IMG/VR virus record: IMGVR_UViG_3300036770_001455
Location: 1-50,132 of that record
DNA length: 50,132 nucleotides
Direction: 5' to 3' (one strand)
Source of the DNA: a virus
Taxonomy: Duplodnaviria > Caudoviricetes
Below, piece after piece: positions 9,149 through 18,233 of this stretch; position 1 is the first letter of the stretch, and every line of letters starts with the position of its first letter. The position numbers and the translations under genes were made by a program. The notes beneath the pieces were generated by a model, which saw only the letters and a program-made list of their open reading frames with translations, was not told where the DNA came from and did not search any database.

Positions 9149-9514
9149 ATGGCTGAGTTCATCGCACTGCCGGGCACGCTCAACATCTCGCTGACGGTTG
9201 GCGATGAGTTCGGGATGCTCGCGGATCTGGACATCGACGTTTCTTCGTTCACCTGGACGGCGATTGTCTACGAAGTCTCGACCAGCATTTCGTTCAGCAA
9301 CCCGAGCGGCGTGAACACGCAGGGAGCGACGGCGGCGACGTTTACTGTCACCGAAGTGAACGCTGCCGCCGGGCAGGTCAATCTGTCGCTGACCGAAGTA
9401 CAGACGGGAGCGTTTGACCCGTCGAAGAAGTACCGCTGGTACTTGCGTGGCGTCTCCCCTGCCCTTGTGACGCGGACGTATCTCTCTGGCACCCTGACGG
9501 CGGTGGCCCCATGA
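9149..9514 (+). CDS. BppU-like fibre adaptor
   Basis: GD...D.SSFTWTAIV...GQVNLSLTEVQT...Y.W pattern; paralog of 45566. Confidence 0.65.
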   Translation: MAEFIALPGTLNISLTVGDEFGMLADLDIDVSSFTWTAIVYEVSTSISFSNPSGVNTQGATAATFTVTEVNAAAGQVNLSLTEVQTGAFDPSKKYRWYLRGVSPALVTRTYLSGTLTAVAP

Positions 9515-10866
9515 GCATCAACGTCACGGTATCGTCTACCGCTGCTGGCGTGAGCGTGTCGGGCGGCACTGCCGTTGCGATCACGGTTGGGGGCGGCATC
9601 GGCCCGGCTGGGTTCCTTGTCGCCCCAGGCACGGCGACAAACGCTTTCGGCACGTTCCAGTTGACGGCTGGCGACGGTATCACGATCTCGACCAGTGCGG
9701 CACAGTTCCAGATCGCGTCCTACGGCACCGCTGCTGTGGCGGGCTTCGCGCCGGTGCAATCGGTGGCGGGCCGCACGGGCAACGTCGTGCTCCAGGCGGC
9801 GGACGTGACCGCTGGCACGTTTGCGATCGGCCGCATCCCGACGATCTCGTACACGGCGTTGTCGAACGTTCCGGCGTCGTTCACGCCTTCGGCTCACACG
9901 CACTCCACGGCGGACGTTGTTTCGTTCACCGCGTCTGCGGCGGCGGCTGCCCCGGTGCAGAGCGTGGCCGGTCGCACAGGAGCGATCTCGCTGGCAGCCG
10001 CAGACGTGAGCGGGCTGGCATCCGTGGCGACCAGTGGCTCCTACACGAGCCTGTCGGGCGTGCCTACATCGTTCGCACCGTCTGCCCACACTCATAGCAC
10101 AGCCGACATCACGGGCATCACGGCATCGTTCGCGGCGGCGAGCCACACGCACGACGCGGCGGCGATCGACAGTGGCGTGTTGAACATCGCACGCATTCCC
10201 ACGATCGGCTACACGGCTCTGAGCGGCGTTCCGAGTACGTTCGCCCCCGAGGCTCACACGCACTCCACGAGCGACGTAGTGGGGCTCACGGCGACGTTCT
10301 CGCAGGTCGGGCACACCCACGACTATGCGGCGTCGATTCACACGCACTCGACTGCCGACATCAGCGGCTACTCGTCTCTGCCGGCTCAGGCTGGAGCGAA
10401 TGGCCCGCTCGTGACGGACGGCACGGCGGCGACATGGGCGACCCGGTACAGCGTGGTCGATCCCGTGCTGGTTCAAGGCGCAGGAATGACGCTCACCCGC
10501 GATACGTCGGCGGGCTCGATTACCGTGGCGTTTGCTGGCGGCACCTCGGGAATCGTCGTCAGCAGTGCCACGCCGCAAGCGTTAGGCGTTGCAGCGGCTG
10601 GCTCCAGCGGTGACGCCTCGCGGGCGGACCACGTTCACGCCATGCCATCGGCGGCAGACGTTGGGGCGGCTGCAATCGGGCATACCCACACGACTACTGA
10701 CATCACCGGCTACACGCTCACGAGCATCAATGGGCTCTCCGGCTCAGTCACGATTGCCTCCGGTGATAACGTGACGGTCTCGACGGCATCGAGCACGATT
10801 ACGATTGCCGCTGGTGGTGGCAGCGGAGACGGTGGCGGTATCGGAATGTCCTACCTGTTCAGTTGA
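9511..10866 (+). CDS. Tail fibre protein with HxH repeats
   Basis: APVQSVAGRTG twice, repeated AHTHSTAD units, RADHVH, SINGLSGSV. Confidence 0.85.
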   Translation: MSINVTVSSTAAGVSVSGGTAVAITVGGGIGPAGFLVAPGTATNAFGTFQLTAGDGITISTSAAQFQIASYGTAAVAGFAPVQSVAGRTGNVVLQAADVTAGTFAIGRIPTISYTALSNVPASFTPSAHTHSTADVVSFTASAAAAAPVQSVAGRTGAISLAAADVSGLASVATSGSYTSLSGVPTSFAPSAHTHSTADITGITASFAAASHTHDAAAIDSGVLNIARIPTIGYTALSGVPSTFAPEAHTHSTSDVVGLTATFSQVGHTHDYAASIHTHSTADISGYSSLPAQAGANGPLVTDGTAATWATRYSVVDPVLVQGAGMTLTRDTSAGSITVAFAGGTSGIVVSSATPQALGVAAAGSSGDASRADHVHAMPSAADVGAAAIGHTHTTTDITGYTLTSINGLSGSVTIASGDNVTVSTASSTITIAAGGGSGDGGGIGMSYLFS

Positions 10867-10873
10867 GGTTTTC

Positions 10874-11227
10874 ATGGCTGCCCCGAACATCAAGGCTCCT
10901 ACGTCGATCACGCTCAAACAGTTTTCGTCTACGGTCGGCACTGCCGCGATCACGCTTGTGACCTGCGCAGCCGACAAGGCGGTGAAAGTCTCGACCCTGT
11001 TTGCAGCGAACGTGCAGGGTTCCAACGCTGGCGACATCACGATCCGCGTGTCCGATGGCACGGCAACCCACGCCGTTTGCTCCACGGTGAGCGTTCCCGC
11101 TGACGCCTCGGTGGTCGTGGTCGACCGCAACTCGCCGGTCTATCTGGAGGAAGGCGACAAGATCGAAGCGATCGCGTCCGCAACCGGCACGATCGAGATC
11201 GTAGGCTCGTTTGAAGAAATCGCCTAG
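10874..11227 (+). CDS. Fibre-associated structural protein
   Basis: STVSVPADAS...YLEEGD; paralog of 47576. Confidence 0.7.
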   Translation: MAAPNIKAPTSITLKQFSSTVGTAAITLVTCAADKAVKVSTLFAANVQGSNAGDITIRVSDGTATHAVCSTVSVPADASVVVVDRNSPVYLEEGDKIEAIASATGTIEIVGSFEEIA

Positions 11228-11236
11228 GGGTGAGCC

Positions 11237-11680
11237 GTGGCGAAGAAACCAGACGGCGCATCGGCTGGCACCCAGCGGGTGACGTTCACGAAGACGGCAG
11301 CCGAGCGGATCGGCAAGGTTGTGCGCGAGGTTGAGGCGGGCGACCGCGACCTGGGGCCGCTGACGTTTGGGCCGCGAGTCGGCGGCGCGGGCGGCAAGGT
11401 GTTTCGCGTCTGCACCTTCACCGGCGCGTGGAGCATCAACGCCGAGAAGACGGTGACGTTCAAAGGCGTGACGAGTACGCCGAATACGGTGGCGGCGATC
11501 AACCTCGTCTGCGGCATGAACCCTAGCGGCTCGTGCGACGTGTCGATCGCGAAGGACGGCACGGCGTGGTACTTGATCCAACCCAACCTGACGCAGCAGC
11601 CGGGGTACTCTGGCAGCGGGACGCAGGTTCTCACCATCCAAAACGGCTCACTGCGGTGGGTCGGGACAACGGCGTGCTGA
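11237..11680 (+). CDS. Putative tail-tip protein
   Basis: GTG start; in tail operon; beta-rich. Confidence 0.6.
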   Translation: MAKKPDGASAGTQRVTFTKTAAERIGKVVREVEAGDRDLGPLTFGPRVGGAGGKVFRVCTFTGAWSINAEKTVTFKGVTSTPNTVAAINLVCGMNPSGSCDVSIAKDGTAWYLIQPNLTQQPGYSGSGTQVLTIQNGSLRWVGTTAC

Positions 11681-11681
11681 T

Positions 11682-12452
11682 ATGACGATTGCAACGAAGA
11701 ATGGCGTGCCGATTATCAAGGATGGCAGCATTGCTACGGGGTGTGGGTGCTGCAAACCGTCTGAGGAATGCAACCTTTCAATTCCCGCAGTGTCAGATGT
11801 TGTAACAGTCTCTGCGCACAGTTCAATTTACGGTGAATCTTTGAGGCAGCTCCCTCACGCCGCTCCGCCATTTATTCGGCAATCTGAAATAACTTCAAAG
11901 CAAGACTCGTTTTCAGGTTATAGATATCTAAACAACCTCGTCGGATTTGGCTCAAGTGCTTCGAAAATGCTTGCAGCTTCGTGGTATGGGTGGAACGCAA
12001 ATGCAACGCCGCCGCTGACTCCGAGGGAAAGCGCAACTTGGGTTCGGTTTGGTTTTTTTGAGATGGACACTTACTGCCAGAACTTGCTGCCGTTTGCATC
12101 TTCAAAAAGCTTTCGGCGGTTGGATTGCCGGTTCAACACATTTACTTACACCAACTCGGAGCTTATGAACGTGTCTGTGACACTAAACATGCTCGACGAG
12201 CCGCCATTGGTTATTGAAAGAACCAGCGTAAACTCTTTTAGTAACTCTCCCTTTGTTTTTTCTCTTTCCGCCAGCCAATTTATTGAAAGCGTGGTGCTGT
12301 CTTATCAGTTTACGACGACAACCGACTCGCTATTTCATGGATACCGAGACCAATCAATACCGGCATCGGAAACGATTACATTTCGAGGTTTTTACAACTC
12401 GACTCTTTCGCAGTTGATGTATCGCTTCACCGAAAACTATCCCCTCCCATGA
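11682..12452 (+). CDS. Hypothetical tail-region protein with AT-rich body
   Basis: N-terminal CGCC, then a sharp GC drop; ATGA overlap with next gene. Confidence 0.6.
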   Translation: MTIATKNGVPIIKDGSIATGCGCCKPSEECNLSIPAVSDVVTVSAHSSIYGESLRQLPHAAPPFIRQSEITSKQDSFSGYRYLNNLVGFGSSASKMLAASWYGWNANATPPLTPRESATWVRFGFFEMDTYCQNLLPFASSKSFRRLDCRFNTFTYTNSELMNVSVTLNMLDEPPLVIERTSVNSFSNSPFVFSLSASQFIESVVLSYQFTTTTDSLFHGYRDQSIPASETITFRGFYNSTLSQLMYRFTENYPLP

Positions 12453-12883
12453 CCACCTGCCACCGCACCTTCCTTGAATCCCGCTGCCGCGAGCGTGGCT
12501 ACACGCTCGACGAGGTAATGCCTTGCGTTGTCGCTCAGGACGGCGACTCGTGGACGATTGACACAGATCATCCGGCGTACCCCAAGACGCCGAAGCCGGG
12601 GCGCGAGCCACCAGCGCCGACGCCGACGCACGGCGGCCCCGGCACCGAACTGAAGAAACTTCTCGCCAAGGTTGGCATCACGGCGTCTCCAGACTGCTCG
12701 TGCAATGCCCGCGCCCGAACGATGGACGAACGCGGCTGCGACTGGTGCGAGGCGAACCTCGACGAAATCGTCGGCTGGCTCCGCGAGGAGGCCGCGAAGC
12801 GGGGGCTGCCGTTCCTCGACATGGCGGGGCGGATGCTGGTGAAGCGGGCGATCAGGAATGCCCGCAAGGCAGAAGCCGCTTGA
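12449..12883 (+). CDS. Cys-rich phage hypothetical protein
   Basis: GPGTELKKLL...CSCNARA...GCDWC; last gene of tail block. Confidence 0.7.
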   Translation: MTTCHRTFLESRCRERGYTLDEVMPCVVAQDGDSWTIDTDHPAYPKTPKPGREPPAPTPTHGGPGTELKKLLAKVGITASPDCSCNARARTMDERGCDWCEANLDEIVGWLREEAAKRGLPFLDMAGRMLVKRAIRNARKAEAA

Positions 12884-12904
12884 CGCGACTGCGACCATCG
12901 GGGC
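12878..12904 (+). promoter_or_regulatory. Putative class B promoter (TTGAY-N8-nAnnnT), leaderless
   Basis: GCTTGAC GCGACTGC GACCAT, 6 nt, ATG. Confidence 0.4.
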
Positions 12905-13201
12905 ATGGGCGAGACGCATCACTTCAAGCTCGGCGGCAAGGTCTGGCCCGTGAAGTTCACGCGACTTCGCGGCAACGCCGTTGGGTGGACGTTCATCGCC
13001 GACACAAAGAACCCGTGCGTTCAAGAAAAGATCCTGATTGACGAGCGTGCGTACCTCAAAGGACGCAGCGGGCTTGAGTTGCTGATTCACGAACTGCTTC
13101 ACGCTCTTAATCCATCGTTCTCGGAAGAAGCCGTGACGGAGCAGGCGGCTGACATCGCCCGTGTCCTATGGGCGCTAAAGTGGCGGCGCAAGGAGGAATG
13201 A
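12905..13201 (+). CDS. Small zincin-like (HExxH) protein
   Basis: ILID...LLIHELLHAL...EE motif. Confidence 0.7.
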   Translation: MGETHHFKLGGKVWPVKFTRLRGNAVGWTFIADTKNPCVQEKILIDERAYLKGRSGLELLIHELLHALNPSFSEEAVTEQAADIARVLWALKWRRKEE

Positions 13202-13449
13202 TGGCGGAGCCCAGCTTGCTCGATGAAGTTATGGCCGCTGTCGAGAGCCATCGCATTGGCGTCCTCACGTGGTTTGAAAAGTTGCCGCCTGAGTCGCAGG
13301 CAGCACTCGACGCAGTACGAAAGACGTATGACCCGAAGGTTCATCGCAAACACATCTTCGCACGAGCGTTGATTGCGGCAGCCGACAAACGTGGCATTCC
13401 GATAGCACGAGAGAAGCAGGTAATCAAATGGCTCGAAAACCAACCCTAG
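13198..13449 (+). CDS. Phage hypothetical protein
   Basis: AGGAGG RBS; ATGA overlap. Confidence 0.65.
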   Translation: MMAEPSLLDEVMAAVESHRIGVLTWFEKLPPESQAALDAVRKTYDPKVHRKHIFARALIAAADKRGIPIAREKQVIKWLENQP

Positions 13450-14513
13450 CCGATGACGTAGCGGATCAACTGGCGTCGGTGGAGCAGTTGCAGTCCGATG
13501 CGGAACTCGCCCGGCTGCGTAGTGAAGTCGCATCGCTCAAGGGCAGGTACAAGGCGGCACTCGCACAGATCGACCGCGAGCGGGAGCGGGCCGACGCCCT
13601 TGTGCAACTCAAGGGAATCAAGCCCGCGAAGTCCTTGACCAAAAGCGTCAAAGGAAAAAAACACCCTGCCACGATGGTCGTGCTGCTCTCTGACATTCAC
13701 TGTGAGGAGACGGTGCGACCCGAGACCGTCAACGGGCTCAACTCGTTTGATCTTGAGGTATGTCAATCGCGGCTCGATGAGTTGCAGCAGCGATTCTTCA
13801 CGATGCTGGAGCACGAGCGGACACTGTGCGACATCGACCGTGTGGTGATCTGGCTTGGCGGGGATCTTATCAGCGGCATGATCCACCCGGAACTCGCCGA
13901 AGAGAACAGCCTACACCCTCTGGCGGCGATACGTTGGATCGGCGAACGGATCAGAGCGTTCATCGACGCGGTGAGCGACCAGGCCCGCGAGGTGATCGTA
14001 GCGACATCATGCGGCAACCACGGGCGAACCACGGAGAAACTTCGCACGAACGAAGCCGACACGAGCTATGAGCATCACCTGTACCTCACGCTGCGGGCTG
14101 CCGAGACGAAGGGCAACGTCGAGTGGCGGATCGGCGAAGGGCATCTGAACTACGTCGATCTCGACGGGTTCGTGATTCGCTTCTGCCACGGTCACGCAGT
14201 GCGCTACCAAGGCGGCATCGGTGGTATTCATGTGCCACTCAACAAGGCGATCGCGGCGTGGAATGCGACAACGCACGCTGACCTGACGTGCCTAGGGCAC
14301 TGGCATCAGTTCTCGTGGGGCCGCGCCGGTCGATACGTCAGCAACGGCTCAGTGATTGGACACTCGGCATACGCTGTCCGAATCAAGGCGACCTGCGAAC
14401 CTCCATGCCAAGCGGCGATCGTCATCGACCACGGGCGGCAGGAAGTCACCAAGGCGTATCCGTTGTTTTGCGACCGTGATTTGAGGACTGCAAAACGTGA
14501 GCCCAATAACTAG
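13428..14513 (+). CDS. Calcineurin-like metallophosphoesterase with N-terminal coiled coil
   Basis: SDIH, GD, GNHG, HGH and GHWH motifs in canonical order. Confidence 0.88.
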   Translation: MARKPTLADDVADQLASVEQLQSDAELARLRSEVASLKGRYKAALAQIDRERERADALVQLKGIKPAKSLTKSVKGKKHPATMVVLLSDIHCEETVRPETVNGLNSFDLEVCQSRLDELQQRFFTMLEHERTLCDIDRVVIWLGGDLISGMIHPELAEENSLHPLAAIRWIGERIRAFIDAVSDQAREVIVATSCGNHGRTTEKLRTNEADTSYEHHLYLTLRAAETKGNVEWRIGEGHLNYVDLDGFVIRFCHGHAVRYQGGIGGIHVPLNKAIAAWNATTHADLTCLGHWHQFSWGRAGRYVSNGSVIGHSAYAVRIKATCEPPCQAAIVIDHGRQEVTKAYPLFCDRDLRTAKREPNN

Positions 14514-15414
14514 CAGTCGCCCGGCCAAGGTAAACAACGATCGCGACGGTCGCAGGCTTGTCGAACTAAGCTCAAAGTTGGCTCCTGTGATCGAAGACGA
14601 GTTTCTTGCCCTTATCCCGCCGCTGTCGTTTGACGAGTTGGCCGAACTTGAGGCAAGCCTGGTTGAATACGGCGGCGCTCGTGACCCGCTGATTGCGTGG
14701 GATCGCGGGCCGAAACTGCCTCCGGTACTGGTTGACGGTCACACGCGGCTGCGTATCTGCGAACGGCTAAAGCTGCCATATCACGTCAAGGGGCTGCGGT
14801 TTCGGGACAAAGACGATGCGCTCAACTGGATGCGGCGTAACCAGATCGGTCGCCGCAACCTGTCTCGCAAGGCATTCATGCTGTTGCTTGGCGAGATTTA
14901 CAACCGCACCAAACTGCCAGATGGAGGGCGTGCAGGCCGAAAGTCGCATCCGTATGCGGGCCGTGAAGTGCGCCGCACGGCAGACGTGCTAGCCGAGGAG
15001 TATGGCGTAGACGAAAAGACGGTTCGTCGCGCCGCTGCTTTTCAGAATGCGGCAGAAAAGCTCGGAATTGCTGACGAGATAGCTGCTGGCCGCATCAAGG
15101 CTGACGCTGCTGCGGTGATTAAGCTCGCTGCCTCCCTTCCTGAGAATCCGACTAAAGATCAGATAGCAGAGGCATTGAAGGCCGGACTCACGCGGGCTCG
15201 TGCTCAATGCAAGAAAGATTCTCTCAGCCGTGCCTCGCAGGGCTGGCTTATACCGGCAGAGCCATCTGACTGTCTGAAGGCAATCTACTTTTACGCCAAG
15301 AGTTTTCTATGCCGTCGCCCGGACGGAGTCGAGGCACTGAACGCGCTTTTGCTGAAGCTCATTGAAGAGAACGAACTTCAAGTCATCAATCAGCGTCACG
15401 AGAGGGGTCGGTAG
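14497..15414 (+). CDS. ParB/Srx-like domain protein with HTH
   Basis: LIPPLS.DE..LEASL...RDPL...LVDGHTR...NQIGRRNL...LAEEYGVDEKTVRR; start uncertain. Confidence 0.8.
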   Translation: MSPITSSRPAKVNNDRDGRRLVELSSKLAPVIEDEFLALIPPLSFDELAELEASLVEYGGARDPLIAWDRGPKLPPVLVDGHTRLRICERLKLPYHVKGLRFRDKDDALNWMRRNQIGRRNLSRKAFMLLLGEIYNRTKLPDGGRAGRKSHPYAGREVRRTADVLAEEYGVDEKTVRRAAAFQNAAEKLGIADEIAAGRIKADAAAVIKLAASLPENPTKDQIAEALKAGLTRARAQCKKDSLSRASQGWLIPAEPSDCLKAIYFYAKSFLCRRPDGVEALNALLLKLIEENELQVINQRHERGR

Positions 15415-15679
15415 TCCCTCGCAGCAAGTTGAGCACGGCCAGTTTTGCTTGCAGCAGTATGTGATCGCCTACGCTCGGCTCACTCAACATTTCGTGCTGG
15501 ATCGCAATCCCAGACGCCACACGCTGCCCGTTAGGCAGGTGCGTGTAAACGTCAAAACGAACTTCGCCCTTCTCTACGTACGTCGTCCCGTCCTCTGTGC
15601 TTCGCTTGCTCTGCCGCATCACGACGTAACGGCGTTCATCCTCTGCAAGCCATTCGGCGAGTGTCTGTGTTGTTGGCAT
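15386..15679 (-). CDS. Hypothetical protein (opposite strand)
   Basis: GAAAGGA RBS 5' of ATG on the minus strand; fills the gap between + genes. Confidence 0.6.
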   Translation of the reverse strand: MPTTQTLAEWLAEDERRYVVMRQSKRSTEDGTTYVEKGEVRFDVYTHLPNGQRVASGIAIQHEMLSEPSVGDHILLQAKLAVLNLLRGTTDPSRDAD

Positions 15680-15718
15680 GCCGGTTTCCTTTCGGGTGCG
15701 ATTCTATACGGAAAACAA

Positions 15719-15738
15719 GTTGACACGAAACATACGCT
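15719..15738 (+). promoter_or_regulatory. Putative class B promoter
   Basis: TTGAC ACGAAACA TACGCT upstream of 15772. Confidence 0.45.
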
Positions 15739-15771
15739 GCCGGAATCACCGCCCAACCGAAAGGATGACCG

Positions 15772-16233
15772 ATGCCAGGACTGACACTCGAAGAAACCAA
15801 CGCCGCACTCCGCCACGCAGTCGAGACTCGCTTGGCGGCGGGGATCGTCGACGATGGGGAAGATTGCGTCACGACCGAGGATCTCCGCGAGGTGAGGCTG
15901 CGTGGGGATTCGCTGATGCAGGATCGTCGCCACCCGAGCAGCCGGGCGTTCGTCGACCTGCTCGATGAGATGCGTCGGCTACACGAAAGCAAGAGTGCCG
16001 ACTACGGCAGCGAAGATGACCCGCTCGCGAACATTCGCCAGGGTGCCGAGTTCGTAGATATCGAGCACTGGCGCGGGTGCATGGTGCGGATCGCCGACAA
16101 GGTGCAGCGGCTGCGGACGTTCTGCCGCACTGGCCGGCTCGTGCATGAGGGAGTCCGCGATACGCTGCTCGATCTCTCAGCGTATAGCCTGCTGGCGATC
16201 GTCTTGTTTGACGAGGCGCAGCGTGACTCGTGA
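15772..16233 (+). CDS. DUF1599 / nucleotide-modification-associated domain 1-like protein
   Basis: K.ADYG...N...RI.DK..RL...E...DTL.DL..Y motif. Confidence 0.8.
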   Translation: MPGLTLEETNAALRHAVETRLAAGIVDDGEDCVTTEDLREVRLRGDSLMQDRRHPSSRAFVDLLDEMRRLHESKSADYGSEDDPLANIRQGAEFVDIEHWRGCMVRIADKVQRLRTFCRTGRLVHEGVRDTLLDLSAYSLLAIVLFDEAQRDS

Positions 16234-16423
16234 GCCGCTGACACCGGAGTACATCGCAGACTGCCGTAGGCGGGCGTACAAGTACGGCACAGGCACTTGG
16301 ACCGGGATGACCGGCGGGCTTAGTGCAGACGTTATCCGGTTGTGCTACGAGATCGACCGGCTGAAGGTGGAGTTGGCGCGACGCCAGGAGCGTGAGCCGT
16401 ACTGGCTGCGACCGCATGACTGA
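16223..16423 (+). CDS. Phage hypothetical protein
   Basis: GTG start overlapping upstream gene end; ...LCYEIDRLK. Confidence 0.55.
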   Translation: MTREPLTPEYIADCRRRAYKYGTGTWTGMTGGLSADVIRLCYEIDRLKVELARRQEREPYWLRPHD

Positions 16424-16488
16424 TCCGGGCCGGGGCTTGAGCGGCTGGGCTTACCCTTTCACCAGCTGTTCGCCCCGCGCCCGGTCAG
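16420..16488 (+). terminator. Long hairpin between convergent genes
   Basis: CTGA/TCAG, CCGGGC/GCCCGG, CGGGGC/GCCCCG and GAGCGGCTGG/CCAGCTGTTC stems. Confidence 0.5.
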
Positions 16489-17302
16489 CGTGGCGAAACT
16501 CTTTGACGAGCGACCAGAAAAGAGCGGCTGCATCGTCCGTGACGGTCGCGCCCTTCTTTAGGTTCTCGATGCCCCACTGCGGCCTACAGTTTCGCCAGTT
16601 GAATACGGCTAGTCGCTGTGGCTCATCTTCTAAGTCAGCGGCAGCGATCGGGTATATGTGGTCTACGTGCCATCCGTCGCGCCCGGCGAATGTTTCCCAA
16701 GTCATGCCATCAGCGAACTGGCTTTCAAGGTGGCTAACAAAATGCTCGACAGTGCAGCCAAGCAACTGAAATGCCTGCCCTTTGCTTGTCACGGCCCTGC
16801 CTTCACGAACTGCCCGCAACGCCATGGCGATTCGCGAGCGAGTTCTTGCTACCAATCGAACGACAGGATTTGTGGCACGAGTTCTCCGGTCGTACTCGCG
16901 CTTGTATTGCCGAACTCGCTCGCGGTTCTTTTCCCGGTCGCGGCGTTTTTGGTCCGCACGTTTGTCAGGGTTTTTGGCGAGCCATTTCTTGTACCGTGCT
17001 CTTTCAGCAGCAAGCACTTTCTCCCTAAATGCCGGGTCTTTCTTGCATCGTTCTTTCTTTTTCTGCTTGCGGAGCTTTGAAATCTTTTTTGCCCTTTGGT
17101 CCACAAATGCAATCTGGCACTGCTGGCATCGAATGACGACTCCAGCCTTAAAAAACTCAACGCCGCAGTCAGCACAGGGCCAACGCACGCGGGTGTCCTG
17201 CGATCTCAATGAGCACTCAGGACACCGTATCCTTCTCGGCCACTGGGATGTGGCTTGTTTGTTGCACTCTCGGCAGACGTATGCGTAATTGCCTGAATCC
17301 AT
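16451..17302 (-). CDS. HNH endonuclease with N-terminal CxxC zinc fingers
   Basis: Four CxxC; LLGC...LESQF..GMTWE...WHVDHIYP...N.RP.W..ENLKKG. Confidence 0.85.
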   Translation of the reverse strand: MDSGNYAYVCRECNKQATSQWPRRIRCPECSLRSQDTRVRWPCADCGVEFFKAGVVIRCQQCQIAFVDQRAKKISKLRKQKKKERCKKDPAFREKVLAAERARYKKWLAKNPDKRADQKRRDREKNRERVRQYKREYDRRTRATNPVVRLVARTRSRIAMALRAVREGRAVTSKGQAFQLLGCTVEHFVSHLESQFADGMTWETFAGRDGWHVDHIYPIAAADLEDEPQRLAVFNWRNCRPQWGIENLKKGATVTDDAAALFWSLVKEFRHADRARGEQLVKG

Positions 17303-17317
17303 TTTGGCTTTTCCTTT

Positions 17318-18208
17318 TCAGTCGAGGTTCAACGGCGGCAGGTAGTCCAACGCCGTCTTTGGGGCCGTGATCCGAGGGTCTAGGTAGTGAGCCCGCGTCA
17401 TCTCCGGGCTGGCGTGCCCAAGGTGTTCCGTTGCATCCCCGCCACCGAGGGCGACGTATGAGGCGGAAGACTTCCGCATCCGATGGAAGCCCGTGCCGCG
17501 AACCCCCGCCCGCTTGCAGAGCAGGGCGAGGCTCGGCCACAGCGAGTGGTAGTGTCGATCCCAACGCCAGACGAGGGATTCGGGCTTCCCCTGCCGGGCA
17601 CGCAGCATCTTGGCGAGATCAGGCGTGATGGCACGCTGAATGTCAGCCGATCGCCCCTTGCGGGTCTCGGCCCGGAAGAGGATCGTCTGCCCGTCTAGAT
17701 CGACATCCTGCCAGCGGACTTCCAGAAGGGCACCGATCCGCTCCCCGGAGCACCACGCCGCGTACAGCAGCGTCGACCACCACCAGGCACTCGGCTTCCC
17801 GTCAATCGTGCCGATCCGCGTCTTCGCCAGCCGGATCAGCCGGGCGACCTCGTCGGCGGTATATGCCTGCGGGGCGTGCCTGATTTTCCTAGAGCGTGGC
17901 AGCGACAGGAACTCTACGTCAGTGCCGTCGCTGCGCTTCAGACGCTTCTTTGCTGCCCAATTGGCGAGGGCGGTGAGTTGGCTCTTGTCTTTCGCCACAG
18001 AGGCGGCAGAGGGCTTCCCACGGCGTCTGGGCGTGTTTGCTCGCCACCTCAGGAACCCAGCCACCACAAGATCGTCGATATCGTCAAGCGTCGGCTCGTG
18101 GCCGAGGTGCTCGGCAAACCGATCGAGCGTATGCCCGTAGAGCGTCACGGTGCGATCGGTCAGGTTCTGCAAGATTGCGTACTTCGCAAGAATCTCTCTC
18201 AGCGTCAT
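17318..18208 (-). CDS. int: Tyrosine integrase
   Basis: GERIGAL (R), K, HRMR (HxxR), LGH, Y catalytic motifs; AGGAG RBS before ATG 18208. Confidence 0.92.
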   Translation of the reverse strand: MTLREILAKYAILQNLTDRTVTLYGHTLDRFAEHLGHEPTLDDIDDLVVAGFLRWRANTPRRRGKPSAASVAKDKSQLTALANWAAKKRLKRSDGTDVEFLSLPRSRKIRHAPQAYTADEVARLIRLAKTRIGTIDGKPSAWWWSTLLYAAWCSGERIGALLEVRWQDVDLDGQTILFRAETRKGRSADIQRAITPDLAKMLRARQGKPESLVWRWDRHYHSLWPSLALLCKRAGVRGTGFHRMRKSSASYVALGGGDATEHLGHASPEMTRAHYLDPRITAPKTALDYLPPLNLD

Positions 18209-18233
18209 GGTCCCGTCTCCTGTTGCTAGGGGC

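Noticed and set aside
9739-10360. Repeats in tail fibre as diversity-generating retroelement template/variable regions
   Set aside because: No reverse transcriptase recognised; the repeats are in-frame HxH fibre units
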